Assembly (NCBI GenBank): GCA_951406725.2
Contig: OX597830.1
Coordinates: forward strand, 66,526,001 to 66,590,000
Reading direction: 5' to 3'
DNA length: 64,000 nt
DNA from: Octopus vulgaris
Taxonomy: Eukaryota
The position numbers and the translations under genes are program-made. A model generated the notes under the pieces. It was not told the DNA's origin. It saw nothing but the letters and a program-made list of their open reading frames with translations, and made no database searches. Shown here piece by piece: positions 38,371 to 50,576 of the stretch (its first letter is position 1; every line of letters starts with the position of its first letter).

Positions 38371-41194
38371 TTTGATGGTAAATGTTTTTATTTTTCATTT
38401 CCTTTGATTTTTATCTCTAATAGTGGTTCGGAATTTAACTGTCCTCTCTAGCATGTAGGTAGTCCTATGATGGCTACCTCTTATGTGTTTAAATATATAT
38501 ATCCATATCATCATCATCATCATCATCATCATCATCGTTTAACGTCCTTTCTCCATGCTGGTATGGGTTGGACGGTTCGACCGGGGATCTGGGAAGCCAG
38601 AAGGCTGTACCAGGCTCCAGTATGATCTGGAGGTGTTTCTATAGCTGGATGCCCTTCCTAATGCCAACCACTCCATGAGTATAGTGGGTGCTTTTTACGT
38701 GCCACCGGCACAGGTGCCAGACGAGGCTGGCAATGGCCACGATCGGATTGGTGCTTTTTACGTATATATATATATATATATATATTACACGCATACACAC
38801 ACATGCAGCACATATACATAAACACTTATGCTTACATGTATGTATGCATGCATTTATGTGATTATGTGTGTGAGGGGGAGGGGGTTGTGTTTCTGTGTGT
38901 TTGTTTTTATGACATGTCTTGGGCAGCAGTGACATTTATTTCCCATGGCTTAATGGCTTGACAAGCATATACCAGATGAATAATTAACCATCTTTGAATG
39001 AAAACAAGTAAGGCTTGACCTGAGAGGAAGGGCATCTGGTTGTAGAACAATGTCTCAAAAGAACTTGTTCTCACTAATCCCAATAAAGACAAAATGCACA
39101 CTAGACATTAAAATGATGATGATGACGGTGATGACTGCTACGACGGTGATGACTGCTATGACAGTGACGTCAAAGATGAATCAGAATCATGCTGGCTGAG
39201 TAGATACAGTACTGGACTACCAATACGTAGGTCCTGATTTCAAATCTATCCCTGTTATGTCATTATGTACTGTAGCAAGTGAAGGTGCATAGCTCAGTGG
39301 TTAGAGCACCTGGTTCACAATCGTGAGGTAGTGAGTTCAAATCCCAAACCGGGCTGTGTGTTGTGTTCTTGAGCAAGACACTTTATTTCATGTTACTCCA
39401 GTTCACTCAGCTGTAGGAATGAGTTGCGAAGTCACTGGTGCCAAGCTGTATCAGCCTTTGCCTTTGCCTTAGATAACATTGGTGGCATGGAGAGAAGTAT
39501 GTAGTTATGTAACACAGACGTATAAACACAAGAGATAGTCAGTGCATTCTGGGTAGCTGAGTATTGTATGTAGTTACTGGGACACTTTTTTGTGGTACAC
39601 TCAGAATCTTTGACTGATCACTGACTCATGTTATCACAGATCAATCAGTGATAAACCTAACATGGTTGTTATCTTGGATCAGTGATATATGAATCAGTGA
39701 TAAACAAAGCTACATGTATCCCAATGTAATACTTCTTACTGCAGCAATCCAATAAGGTAAAGAGTCTTCTGGTTATTCTTTTATCAGTCTTGGACATTTT
39801 ACTAAAAGTCAAAGGTACTACCCTCTGTCTTGGACCAAGCCATTAAAAAAAAATAATAAATAATAGTTTCCCCACACTTGACAGCCCAGACTATTGCAAT
39901 TGTCAGTCAGTTTATATAACTCTAAGTAGAAGAATTTAAAAAGTAATTTTCTTAGAAATGAAATGGCCGTTTTATGCAAAACGGCCAGCTTGATAGATAG
40001 GTGAATTTATTTGGACTGTTGAAGACATACATAAAATATTTCTTTGTATATTTTGTATTGATTGGTTCATGATAAAAGGAGCAAATAATTGTTTACATTG
40101 GATGTAAGAAAGTTAAAGAAAAAAAGTAATAAAAAACAGCCCAAAATTAAATAAGAAACAAATTGAATATAACAATTTTAGAAATGAAAAAAAAAATCAA
40201 TAAATTGAATATAAAATTTAAAAAAAAAACACATTCAGTATATAAAAATATATGTTACATGTTGCTCACAGTTATAGAAAGAAAGGTATTACATTGAACT
40301 ATTTCTAGAAAAAAAAACCAAAACAAAAACCCCCAAAAAACAAATGTTACTATAACATTTCTGAAGATAGAATAATATATAGATTTATTTTATTCGAAAA
40401 TATTTAATGTAACTATAGAAATATCTGAATAATGTTTTGTAATGTTATTTTTACATTGTTTTAAGAAGTTAACTGCATTTTAAATTTTATTTTGCGTGAT
40501 GAATTTTGACAATATATTCAGTAAAGTCAGGAGATATTTTCAGCATAAATATTAATTTGAAATTATAATGGAAAAGCGTCTGACTGTTCTCTCCCCCAGT
40601 CGCCATCTCTGCCTGTATGCATATCTCTTTTAATGGTTCTTGCTCCAACATCTTTGTCTTTGTCTGCCTGTTTCCTATGTGTGTGTATGTGTGTTTGTGC
40701 ATGTGTATATACACACACACACACAAACACACATACACACACACACACACACACATCTATCCTTATCAATCTTTCTTCCTGCTTACATGTCTGTTTCTTT
40801 ATTGATATCTCAAAAAGATTAACTAATGCTTCTGCATGCACACGCACACATGCATGCACACACACACATGCATGCACACGCACACACACACACACATACA
40901 CAGATTTTTTTTTTCTTTTAAACATATTATTTCCTTTAAGTTTATGAAAGACACATGCAAAAACTACCTATAGGCACACTAGTATTTAATTTATTGACCC
41001 CAAAAGGATGAAAGGCAAAGTTGACCTCAGCCGAATTTGAACTCTGAACATTGTGGCAGATGAAATATCGCTAAGCATTTCATCTGGCGTGCTACCAATT
41101 ATGCTAGCTCGCTGCCTTAATAATAATAATAAAGATAATAATAATAATACACATACACAAACATGCACATATAATTTATAAATACATAATTATA

Positions 41195-41608
41195 GGCGTA
41201 GGAGTGACTGTGTGGTAAGTAGCTTGCTTACCAATTACATGGTTCTGGGTTCAGTCCCACTGCATGGCACCTTGGGCAAGTGTCTTCTGCTATAGCCTTG
41301 GGTCGACCAAAGCCTTGTGAATGGATCTGGTAGACGGCAACTAAAAGAAGCCTGTCGTATATATGTATATATATATGTATGTGTATGTATATGTTTGTGT
41401 GTCTGTGTTTGTCCCCCTAGCATTGCTTGACAACTGATGCTGGTGTGTTTACGTCCCCGTCACTTAGCGGTTCGGCAAAAGAGACCGATAGAATAAGTAC
41501 TGGGCTTACAAAGAATAAGTCCCGGGGTCAATTTGCTCGACTAAAGGCGGTGCTCCAGCATGGCCGCAGTCAAATGACTGAAACAAGTAAAAGAGTAAAG
41601 AGTAGAGA
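41195..41608 (+). mobile_element. CORE-type SINE family B, full length
   Basis: Aligns to 8019-8422 end to end. Confidence 0.9.
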
Positions 41609-41610
41609 GT

Positions 41611-41661
<51 letters not shown>

Positions 41662-41664
<3 letters not shown>

Positions 41665-42219
41665 TCATGTACATTGTTTTGTCTTATCATGTACATTGTT
41701 TTGTCTTATCATGTACATTGTTTTGTCATATCATGTACATTGTTTTGTCTTGGTATAAAAGATGGGCTACAGCAAATATTCTGCTCAATACCACAGATTT
41801 GCTTGTCAGTTGTTTGACCTAACCAGTTGAGCATGTCCCTTAGTGGCTGACGATATGTGCATCTCTGATCACGAGCAGAAGTAGTGGGGGAGCATCATGG
41901 CCATGTGTTGGGGGGATTCTTTGGGGTTTGAATATTTCACCTCTGGAAACATGGGTGGTTCTTTCAACATCCTTAAACAACCCTTATTCAGAGACCTTTT
42001 GAGTGGGATGGGCTACTCAACCTGAAGAAAATTCTAACTGGGCCCCACCTGCAAGGTCATGTGCTGTTCATCTTGATATGAGATCACCATGTCGCGCACA
42101 TATGGTTGTGATGCATGTGCCTGGTGTACCTTTATCAGACGGGTAGTCATGATGGGTATATTGGGCTTCGTATATTTTACCCCAGTGTCACTTTGATGGC
42201 ATGAACTGCTCTTTCACTC

Positions 42220-42220
<1 letters not shown>
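41662..42220 (+). mobile_element. non-LTR retrotransposon 3' end with (AAT)n tail, possibly Dong/R4 clade; 22-bp unit x4 at its 5' junction
   Basis: Near-identical to 46829-47171; both sit inside (AAT)n; unit TATCATGTACATTGTTTTGTCT at 41662-41750. Confidence 0.6.
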
Positions 42221-42251
<31 letters not shown>

Positions 42252-42838
42252 ACAAATAAAAACATGCACATATAATTTATAAATGCATTAATATATCCAT
42301 AAAAATACAAATAAATAGAAATTTAATTTGACCATCATCATCATCATCATTTCACATCCGTTTTCCATGTCAGTATGGGTTGGGCAGTTTGACAGGGTCT
42401 GAATGAGCTGCAGAGCTGCTTCGGGCCAAAACCTCAGCGTAGGCATGTATTCTATGGCTGGACGTCCTTCCTAATACCAACCATTTTATAGTTTGTACTA
42501 GATGTTTTATTGTGTCTCTGACGCAAGTGGGATTGCCAAGTAACTTGCATGACAAAGTAAAAAAGGAAATGGGGAAAAACCCTTACATCTAAAGGGAAGA
42601 GTATTTGAGAGAGGTAGTTATGGCTTTATGCAAGGTTTTGAAGGTTAAAGTGTGTGTGTGTGTGTGTGTGTGTATGAATATAATAAATGTATAATTTTAA
42701 GAAATTTTGACAGTTTCCAAACATAAATAGTCTTTTATCTCTTAGGATTGCCCTACCGAGAGAAATGCAAATAAGGGGATTCTGTAGACAAGAGGTTTAG
42801 GGTGTTTGTATGCATAATAAATAGTAAGTAGGTAAAGG

Positions 42839-43331
42839 GTCTGGAAGAGTAGAGACATCAGACTCGCTACAAAATGCAGATTGGTGAATGCAATTGTCTT
42901 CCCAATAACAACATATGAATGCGAGACCTGGACACTAAAGAAAGCTGACCAGAAGAGAATTAATGCGTTCGAGCTTTGGTGTTGGAGAAGATTTTTACGG
43001 ATTCCATGGACAGCGAGACTCAACAATGAAGAAGTTCTTAAGCAGATAAGACCGAAAATGTTGCTGGAAGCTAGGATCACCAAGCATAGATTGGCATATT
43101 TCGGTCATATTATGCAGAGAAAATCCCTGGAGAAGGACATCATGCTCGGAATGGTCAGTGGCAAGAGAGGAAGAGGCCGACCAAGAACCCGCTGGCTTGA
43201 CACCATCAAGAGTGATACCGGAATGGACATAGCAAATCTGAAAGAAGTGGCACGGGATAGAACTGACTGGAGGACACTGATCCAACAAGGGACCGAGAGT
43301 TGACTTTGACTGAGCGGATAGAGAGAGAGAA
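42839..43331 (+). mobile_element. BovB-like RTE LINE 3' end (open RT C-terminal frame, (GA)n tail)
   Basis: VWKSRDIRLATKCRLVNAIVFPITTYECETWTLKKADQKRINAFELWCWRRFLRIPWTAR..YFGHIMQRKSLEKDIMLGMVSGKRGRGRPRTRWLD; stop at 43303. Confidence 0.92.
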
Positions 43332-43477
43332 ATCTCCTGACTTTATTGTTGAATGAACAGAGATGTACAAACTAAGTGTTCAACTAAACCTTTAAAGACA
43401 GTATCGCAGGATAGTCATAACCATGATGAAAACTGGTAAAGAGAAGAGACGAATAAAGGAAGCTTAAATATATAACC

Positions 43478-43785
43478 GTGGAGGCACAATGGCCTAGTGG
43501 TTAGAGCAGTGGACTCGCGGTCGGAGGATCACAGTTTTGATTCCCAGACCGGGCATTGTGTGTGTTTATTGAGCAAAAACACCTAAAGCTCTACGAGGCT
43601 CCGGCAGGGGGTAATGGTGATCCCTGTTGTACTCTTTCCCCCCAACTTTCTGTCACTCTTTCTTCCTGTTTCTTGAATAACACTGTGATAAACTGGCGTC
43701 CCATCCAGCTGGGGGGAACACATACACCACAGAAATTGGTAAACCGGGCCCATGAGCCTGGCTAGGCTTGAAAAGGGCACATAAA
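43478..43785 (+). mobile_element. tRNA-derived SINE (head 2 + tail W)
   Basis: Head as at 29091; body ACTGGCGTCCCATCCAGC..AAACCGGGCCCATGAGCC. Confidence 0.8.
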
Positions 43786-45058
43786 AAAAATATATATATA
43801 ACCATTCTGTGCTCATACCCTCCTATGATCTCGTGCTTACGATAATGTAAGTAGTGATTGGATACAAAAAGTTGTGTCTAAGCCTGACACCTCCATTCAC
43901 TGATATTGTTTTTCATCCCTCTCACTAATTTGTACACTAACACCTTTGTAATCATCAGTTTTGATATGTCTTTACTTTCATGGTTTGTACAGACCTGTGT
44001 TTTATATTTACATGTATTCTTATCTTGAATCTTAATTCTTAGATAATTTGCATAATTGTTTCAAGTATATAAATTAGGTATAAATTCAAGTATATAAATC
44101 TCTCCTCTCCCCTCATCTCTCTTTATATATATGTGTGTGTATGTCTGTGTGTTTGTAGAGCACATACACAAACACATACCACAGCTATGCTGAACTGTTG
44201 CCAGTTCGATCAGCCTTGCTTAGAAACGAAAGACTTTGATCAAGCATCCTAGAGTACACCGATGCACTTAGCAATGGAACTGATTTGTAAACATCGCTGA
44301 GACAACATCTGTTGTCATGTGTGGCTTAGGCAGAACAAGATGGAACAGTAGATGCTGCAACAGACTTCAAAATGACCAAACTGGAAGATCTTGCAAATCA
44401 GCAGCCAGCTTTGCTATGCTCAACCAAAGACTCAAAGAACTCCGCCACAAATGGTCTTTGTTGTATGTTCTACTCTATGATATGTCTGTAATCGATTAAA
44501 ACATATACTCTTTAACTTGGTTTCAGTCATTTGACTGTGGCCATGCTGAAGCACCACCTTTTAGTCGAAGAAATCGACCCCAGGACTTATTCTTTGTAAG
44601 CCTAGTACTTATTCTATCGGCCTCTTTTGCTGAACTGCTCAGTTATGGGGGAAATAAACATACCAACATCAGTTGCCAAGTGATGGTGGAGGGACAAAGA
44701 CAGACACATAAATATATGCATACATAATACATATATATATATATATATACATACACACTCATCATCATCATTGTCGTTGTCAATAAACATCCGCTTTCCA
44801 TGCTGGCATAGATTGGACGGTTTGACTGAGGACCGGTGAGCCAGAAGGCTGCACCAGGCTCAATCTGATCTGACAAAGTTTCTACAGCTAGATGCCATTC
44901 CTAATGCCAACCACTCCGTAGAGTGTAGTGGGTGCTTTTACATGCCACCAGCACATATGCAGGTAAGGCGACGGTGGCAACGATCATGCTCGAATGGTGC
45001 TTTTTACATGCCACTGGCATGGGTGCCAATCCATGGCCACACATACACACACACACAC

Positions 45059-45945
45059 ATCATTATCATCATCATCATCATTGTTTAACGTCCGCTTTCC
45101 ATGCTAGCATGGGTTGGATGATTTTGACTGAGGTCTGGTGAGCCAGATGGCTGCACCAATCTTGATCTGGCAGAGTTTCTACAGCTGGATGCCCTTCCTA
45201 ATGCCAACCACTCCGAGAGTGTAGTGGGTGCTCTTTACGTGCCACCGGCATGGGGGCCAGTCAGGCGGTACTGGCAATGACCTCGCTCGAATCTTTTTAC
45301 ACATGCCACCAGCATAGGTGTCAGTGAATCTACGTTGGTAACGATCACGCTCGAATGGTGCCCTTTTACGTGCCACTGGCACGGAAGCCAGTTGGCTGCT
45401 CTGGCAACGATCACGCTTGGATGGTGCTCTTAGCACTCTACTAGGACAGGCATAAGTGCCAGTAAGGCGACGCTGGTAACGATCATACTTGAATAGCCGC
45501 TCTGTCAACATTCACACTCGTATGGTTCTCTTTGCACCCCGCTAGCACAGATGCCAATTATCGAATTGATTTTGATTTTGATTTTGATTTCACTTGCCTC
45601 AACAGGTCTTCACAAGTAGACTTTAGTGACCAAAGAAGGAAACGGTACGCATAGGCCGGCTGGTTATGCTCCTGGCATAGGCCACAGGTTATGGTCTCAT
45701 TTGGCTTGCCGGGTCTTCTTGAGCACAGCATATTTCCAAAAGTCTTGGTTGCTAGTCATTTCCTTGGTGAGACCTAATGTTCGAAGGTCGTGCTTCACCA
45801 TTTCATCGCAGTTTTTTCTGGGTTTACCTCTTCCACAGGTTCCCTCAACCGCTAGGGTGTGGCACTTTTTCACGCGGCTATCCTCATCCATTCTTGCCAC
45901 ATGACCATACCAGTGCAGTCGTCTCTCTTGCACACCACATCTAAA
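45059..45945 (-). mobile_element. RTE LINE, 5'-truncated: ORF C-terminus plus ~630-bp 3' UTR and (GAT)n tail
   Basis: RCGVQERRLHWYGHVARMDEDSRVKKCHTLAVEGTCGRGKPRK..VKHDLRTLGLTKEMTSNQDFWKYAV, stop at 45697, contiguous with the CAT-ended repeat. Confidence 0.88.
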
Positions 45946-46016
45946 GTCAAAATCGTCCAACCCATGCTAGCATGAAAAGCAGACGTTAAACGACGATGAT
46001 GATGATGATGATGATG

Positions 46017-46047
<31 letters not shown>

Positions 46048-46746
46048 TATATACACAAACATATGAACATGTTTATATATGTGTGTACATACATACATGC
46101 ACATGCACACACGCAAACACACACACATATTTGTGTGTTTTTATGTATTTAGGCACAAAAACAAAGGTACATATAGGACAAAGAAGTCAATTAGTTTGCT
46201 CTCACATTTTATTTCAGATAAAATACAAACTCTTTACATTAATACATTCATCTCCACAAGGATATATGCGTATGTGTGTGTCTGTGTGTCCATATGTGTG
46301 CAAAATCCTAATAATGGTAATGCTTTGAAAACTAGCTACATTCAATATTCACTTTAATTTTTACATGAACCGTCAGCATCTCATTCATAGTAGATGCTAA
46401 ATAATTCTCATTCTGATTCATGGTTTATTCAAAAATATTTCTTCGAATTATGGGTTCCTTGTGGCATACTTATAATCAATATTGGAATGCCTACAGGAGT
46501 AGTATTTACCTATAGAACAACTTATATTAAAATACATCTTATGCTGACATTTCTTAAATACGGTTCTCTGAAATATGTATTTAGCTTCTGCCGACAAAAC
46601 TAGCAGACACACATTTCATTTCTATTTGAAGTACATAAAGATACCTATAAATAATGTTAACAATGATGACAATGATGATGATGATAATAATAATGGTAAT
46701 AAAAATAATAATAATAATAATAATATTAATAATAATGATAATAATG

Positions 46747-46779
<33 letters not shown>

Positions 46780-46788
46780 GTAATAATA

Positions 46789-46828
<40 letters not shown>

Positions 46829-46829
<1 letters not shown>

Positions 46830-47170
46830 GTAGTAGGGGGAGCATCATAGCCATGTGTTGAGAGGGATTCTTTGGGGTTTGAATAATTCACCTCTGGAAA
46901 CATGGGTGGTTCTTTCAACATCCTTAAACAACCCTTATTCAGGGACCGTTTGAGCGGGATGGGCTACTCAACCTGAAGAAAATTCTAACTGGCCCCCACC
47001 TACAAGGTGATGTGCTGTTTATCTTGATATGAGATCACCATGTCGCGCACATATGGTTGTGATGCATGTGCCTGGTGTACCTTTATCAGACGGGTAGTCA
47101 TGATGGGTATATTGGGCTTCGTGTATTTTACCCCAGTGTCACTTTGATGGCATGAACTGCTCTCTCACTC

Positions 47171-47171
<1 letters not shown>
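46829..47171 (+). mobile_element. second, shorter copy of the (AAT)n-tailed non-LTR 3' end
   Basis: Matches 41880-42220; (AAT)n on both flanks. Confidence 0.8.
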
Positions 47172-47205
<34 letters not shown>

Positions 47206-47596
47206 TAATAATAATAATAATAATAATAGCTAATGATGATAATATCTACATTGGTAATGTCATTAATAATATTGATGCGAACGAATAACTGTAAAAGAAT
47301 CATAATTTTTTGCCGTCTGCTGTTGAAATACTTTGCATGTCAGTTAAATTTGAAGCAATTGATTGCAGGTGTACATCAACATTATCTTGTAGCCCACACC
47401 ACATATAATTTCTGTGTATGTTTGTGTGTGTGTGTGTGTGTGCATACATATAATACCTGTGTATGTATGCATGCTTGTATGTGCATGAACATATCAATAT
47501 ATTCAAGGAAATATATTGAGTGTATGAGTGTGTATAGTTATGTAAATATACATATGTTAAACATACATATGTACACACATATACATATACATACAT

Positions 47597-47647
<51 letters not shown>

Positions 47648-47655
47648 TATATACA

Positions 47656-47808
47656 CTCGTGAGTACCACTGGCGATTTTTTTCCTCTGTCTTCCCTTCTC
47701 GGGATCTTTCCTTCTCCTATGTTTCCGACGAAGAGCTCCGCTTGAAACGTTAAGCCCTCCTTCTTCCCTTCTTTCCTGAGCGTCCAATGATACTTTATTT
47801 GTTCCATG
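47656..47808 (+). mobile_element. PLE-like short repeat with a degenerate hammerhead (47721-47755)
   Basis: GTTT-CCGACGA-A-GAGC(TCC)GCTT-GAAA-CG-TT-AAGC; downstream part also present at 30115-30162; inside TA-rich microsatellite. Confidence 0.5.
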
Positions 47809-47809
47809 T

Positions 47810-47861
<52 letters not shown>

Positions 47862-47877
47862 ATGTATATATGTATAT

Positions 47878-48324
47878 TATACAGTTAAAAAAAGAAAAGA
47901 AAATGGATATAAGGAAGTTAACAATAATTTATTATTAACAAATTGGTCATTTTCACTTCTTACAGCTGTTTCAATTAATGCTCAATAATTTAATTACAAA
48001 TTTGTGCATTAAATTTACATTTGTGTGACATGAGCATAATCTCATCAGAGACAAAAAAAAGATATCGCTCGAGATGTTATATGTGGACCTATCTATTCAT
48101 TTCAGGAGACTCAGATCTACATATAACATCCAAAGGTACATTATTTTTTCTCTGATGAAATTATTCTCATGTCACATAAATGCAAATTTAATGCACAAAT
48201 TTGTAATTAAATTATTGAGCATTAATTGAAACAGATGTAAGAAGCCAAGATGACCAATTTGTTAATAATAAACAATTATTAACTTACTTATCTCCATCTC
48301 CTTTTCTTCTTTTAGCTGGATATA
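47878..48324. mobile_element. fold-back element with ~210-bp inverted arms and two opposed hammerheads
   Basis: 47878-48090 versus 48113-48324 inverted with a ~22-nt spacer. Confidence 0.88.
48148..48243 (+). ncRNA. type-I hammerhead with long stem-loop II (mirror copy at 47957-48051, minus strand)
   Basis: TTCT-CTGATGA-AATTATTCTCA..TGAGCATTAATT-GAAA-CAGATG-TA-AGAA; the mirror copy has a perfect palindromic stem III ACAGCTGT. Confidence 0.7.
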
Positions 48325-48447
48325 AATTATATGCTTAATATATACCTGTTGTTTTAAGGGAATTTCATTCCCCAACAATACTAGGTATTGAACCAGTATT
48401 TCCTTGGATGCAACCATCCCTTCACAAGGTTAACATATCATCTAATA

Positions 48448-48847
48448 AGGCAGTGAGCTGGCAGAAACGTTAGCACGCCGGGCGAAAGCTTAGCAGTATT
48501 TCTGCTGCCGTTATATTCTGAGTTCAAATTCTGCCGAGGTCGACTTTACCTTTCATCCTTTCGGGGTCAATAAATTAAGTACCAGTTATGCACTGAGTTC
48601 GATGTAATCGACTTAATCCCTTTGTTTCTCCTTGTTTGTCCTCTCTGTGTTTAGCCCCTTGTGGGTAGTAAAGAAATAGGTATTTCGTCTGTATTTATGT
48701 TCTGAGTCCAAATTCTGCCGTGGTCGCCTTTGTTTTCATCCTTTCAGGGTCAATAAATTAAGTACCAGTTGCATACTGGGGTCGATCTAATCGACTGTGC
48801 CCCACCCCCAAAACAATTTCAGGCCTTATTCCTATAGTAGAAAAGAA
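48448..48847 (+). mobile_element. SINE family A, dimeric copy
   Basis: Body repeated, with junction AAGAAATAG-GTATTTCGTCTG identical to that in 1805-2220. Confidence 0.85.
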
Positions 48848-48957
48848 CATATTCTTTAATTAAATTTTTATATATATATATATATAAATTTATATATAGA
48901 TATATTGTTTGTAAAATGCATAAATCCAGAGAAGTACACTCTAAGATGTAGAGCAAT

Positions 48958-49155
48958 ATATATTAAAAATGGAGACGACTGGTTTATAGGATTACCTTAG
49001 CTTTCCCTTCCATAAAAGGTTTAGTTCTATGGGGTATCATCAGACCCCAAAACCTGTTGGCCTATGACCTCTTTCAAATATTTTGAAGAGGTCAGATGCC
49101 AACAGGTTTTGGGGTGTGACAAAACGCCATAGAGGTAAACCCATTTTTAATATAC
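48958..49155. mobile_element. palindromic element in TA-rich tract with a ~130-nt hairpin
   Basis: Ends TATTAAAAATGG / CCATTTTTAATA; ACCCCAAAACCTGTTGGC (49044-49061) pairs perfectly with 49098-49115. Confidence 0.75.
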
Positions 49156-50318
49156 ATATATAATATTTATATATATATGTATACATCCCCATTTTTAATA
49201 TATATATATATATATATTTATATGATATGTATAAATGTATACATATACATACATACATGCATACATATATATATCCATCTCTATTATTGTGTGTATAAGT
49301 ATACACCCATTTTTATGTGTGTGTATATATTACATTTATGTATTTATATGTTTATATGTATTCATACTTAATATATTTAAACATGTCTATATTCCTTTTG
49401 TACTGTTTGAATTTTATTCTAAGATTCTTCTTCTGCCACTCTTTGCTTGGTAGACAGATTTTGAAATTTATCGATTATTGCTTGCCTCTCCAATAATAAC
49501 CTTTGATTAAACATTCCAGGAAAATTTCTAATTCATCGCTATATGGCCAGTGATTACATGCTCTCTGAGTTGGTTTGAAAGTCGGCATGCACGAAACTCT
49601 AAGCCTTTGAACTACTTTTGTAGTTTTACAACCTATAATAAAATATGTAATATATATATATATGTGTGTGTATATTGAGTTATGTGTGTGAGTGTGTGTG
49701 TGTGTGTGCAGGTGTGTATGTAGATGTGTCTGGTGTGTATGGGCATGTACTGTGTGGATATGTGAATGTAGTGTGTGTGTTTGTGTGTGTGTTTGAGTAT
49801 GTGTACATGCATGTGAGTGTGGTGTGTGTGTATGTGTATGTGTGTGCATATGTGAGTCTGGTGTGCATGTATTTGAGTGGTGTGTGTGTGTATGTGAATG
49901 ATCCATGTATATGTAAATATAGTTTATGTGTGTATATGAGTGTAATGTGTGTGTATGTGAGTGTGTTCTGAGTGTGTGTATGTATGTATGTGTGAGCATA
50001 CCTCAATCTGTGCGTACATTGAAATTCCACATTTTGCCTCCATTTGGGTAATGCAGTAATTTGGGTAATTTGGGTAATGATGTTGATATTCTATGTTGAC
50101 ATTATAATCGGCTGATCTGCGTCTTCAAAGACAACTGCAAAAAAAGTGACCCTTATTTGGAAACACATAAGGGTTGGTGACAGAATGAGCATCCAACTGT
50201 AAAGTCCTGTCTCAGCTTCTTGTCCAAAATCATGCTAATGCGGAAAAGTAGACATTAAACATGCACACATGCATAAACACACACATACATGCATGCATTC
50301 ACTTTTTATCTCTTACAC

Positions 50319-50415
50319 TTTCAGTCATTGGACTGCAGCCAGGTTTCAGTCATTGGACTGCAGCCAGGTTTCAGTCATTGGACTGCAGCCAGGTTTCAGT
50401 CATTGGACTGCAGCC
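50319..50415. repeat. 25-bp tandem repeat x4 within a family B SINE tail
   Basis: TTTCAGTCATTGGACTGCAGCCAGG starting at 50319, 50344, 50369 and 50394. Confidence 0.9.
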
Positions 50416-50544
50416 ATGCTGGGTCACCTCCAAAGCCTGGTGCTTATTCTTTCAGTATCTTTAGCCAAACTGTTAAGCTTTGGATAATTAAACAAACCAC
50501 CACCAGTTGTCAAGTGGTGGTGAAGGATAAACAAAAATACGAAG

Positions 50545-50576
<32 letters not shown>

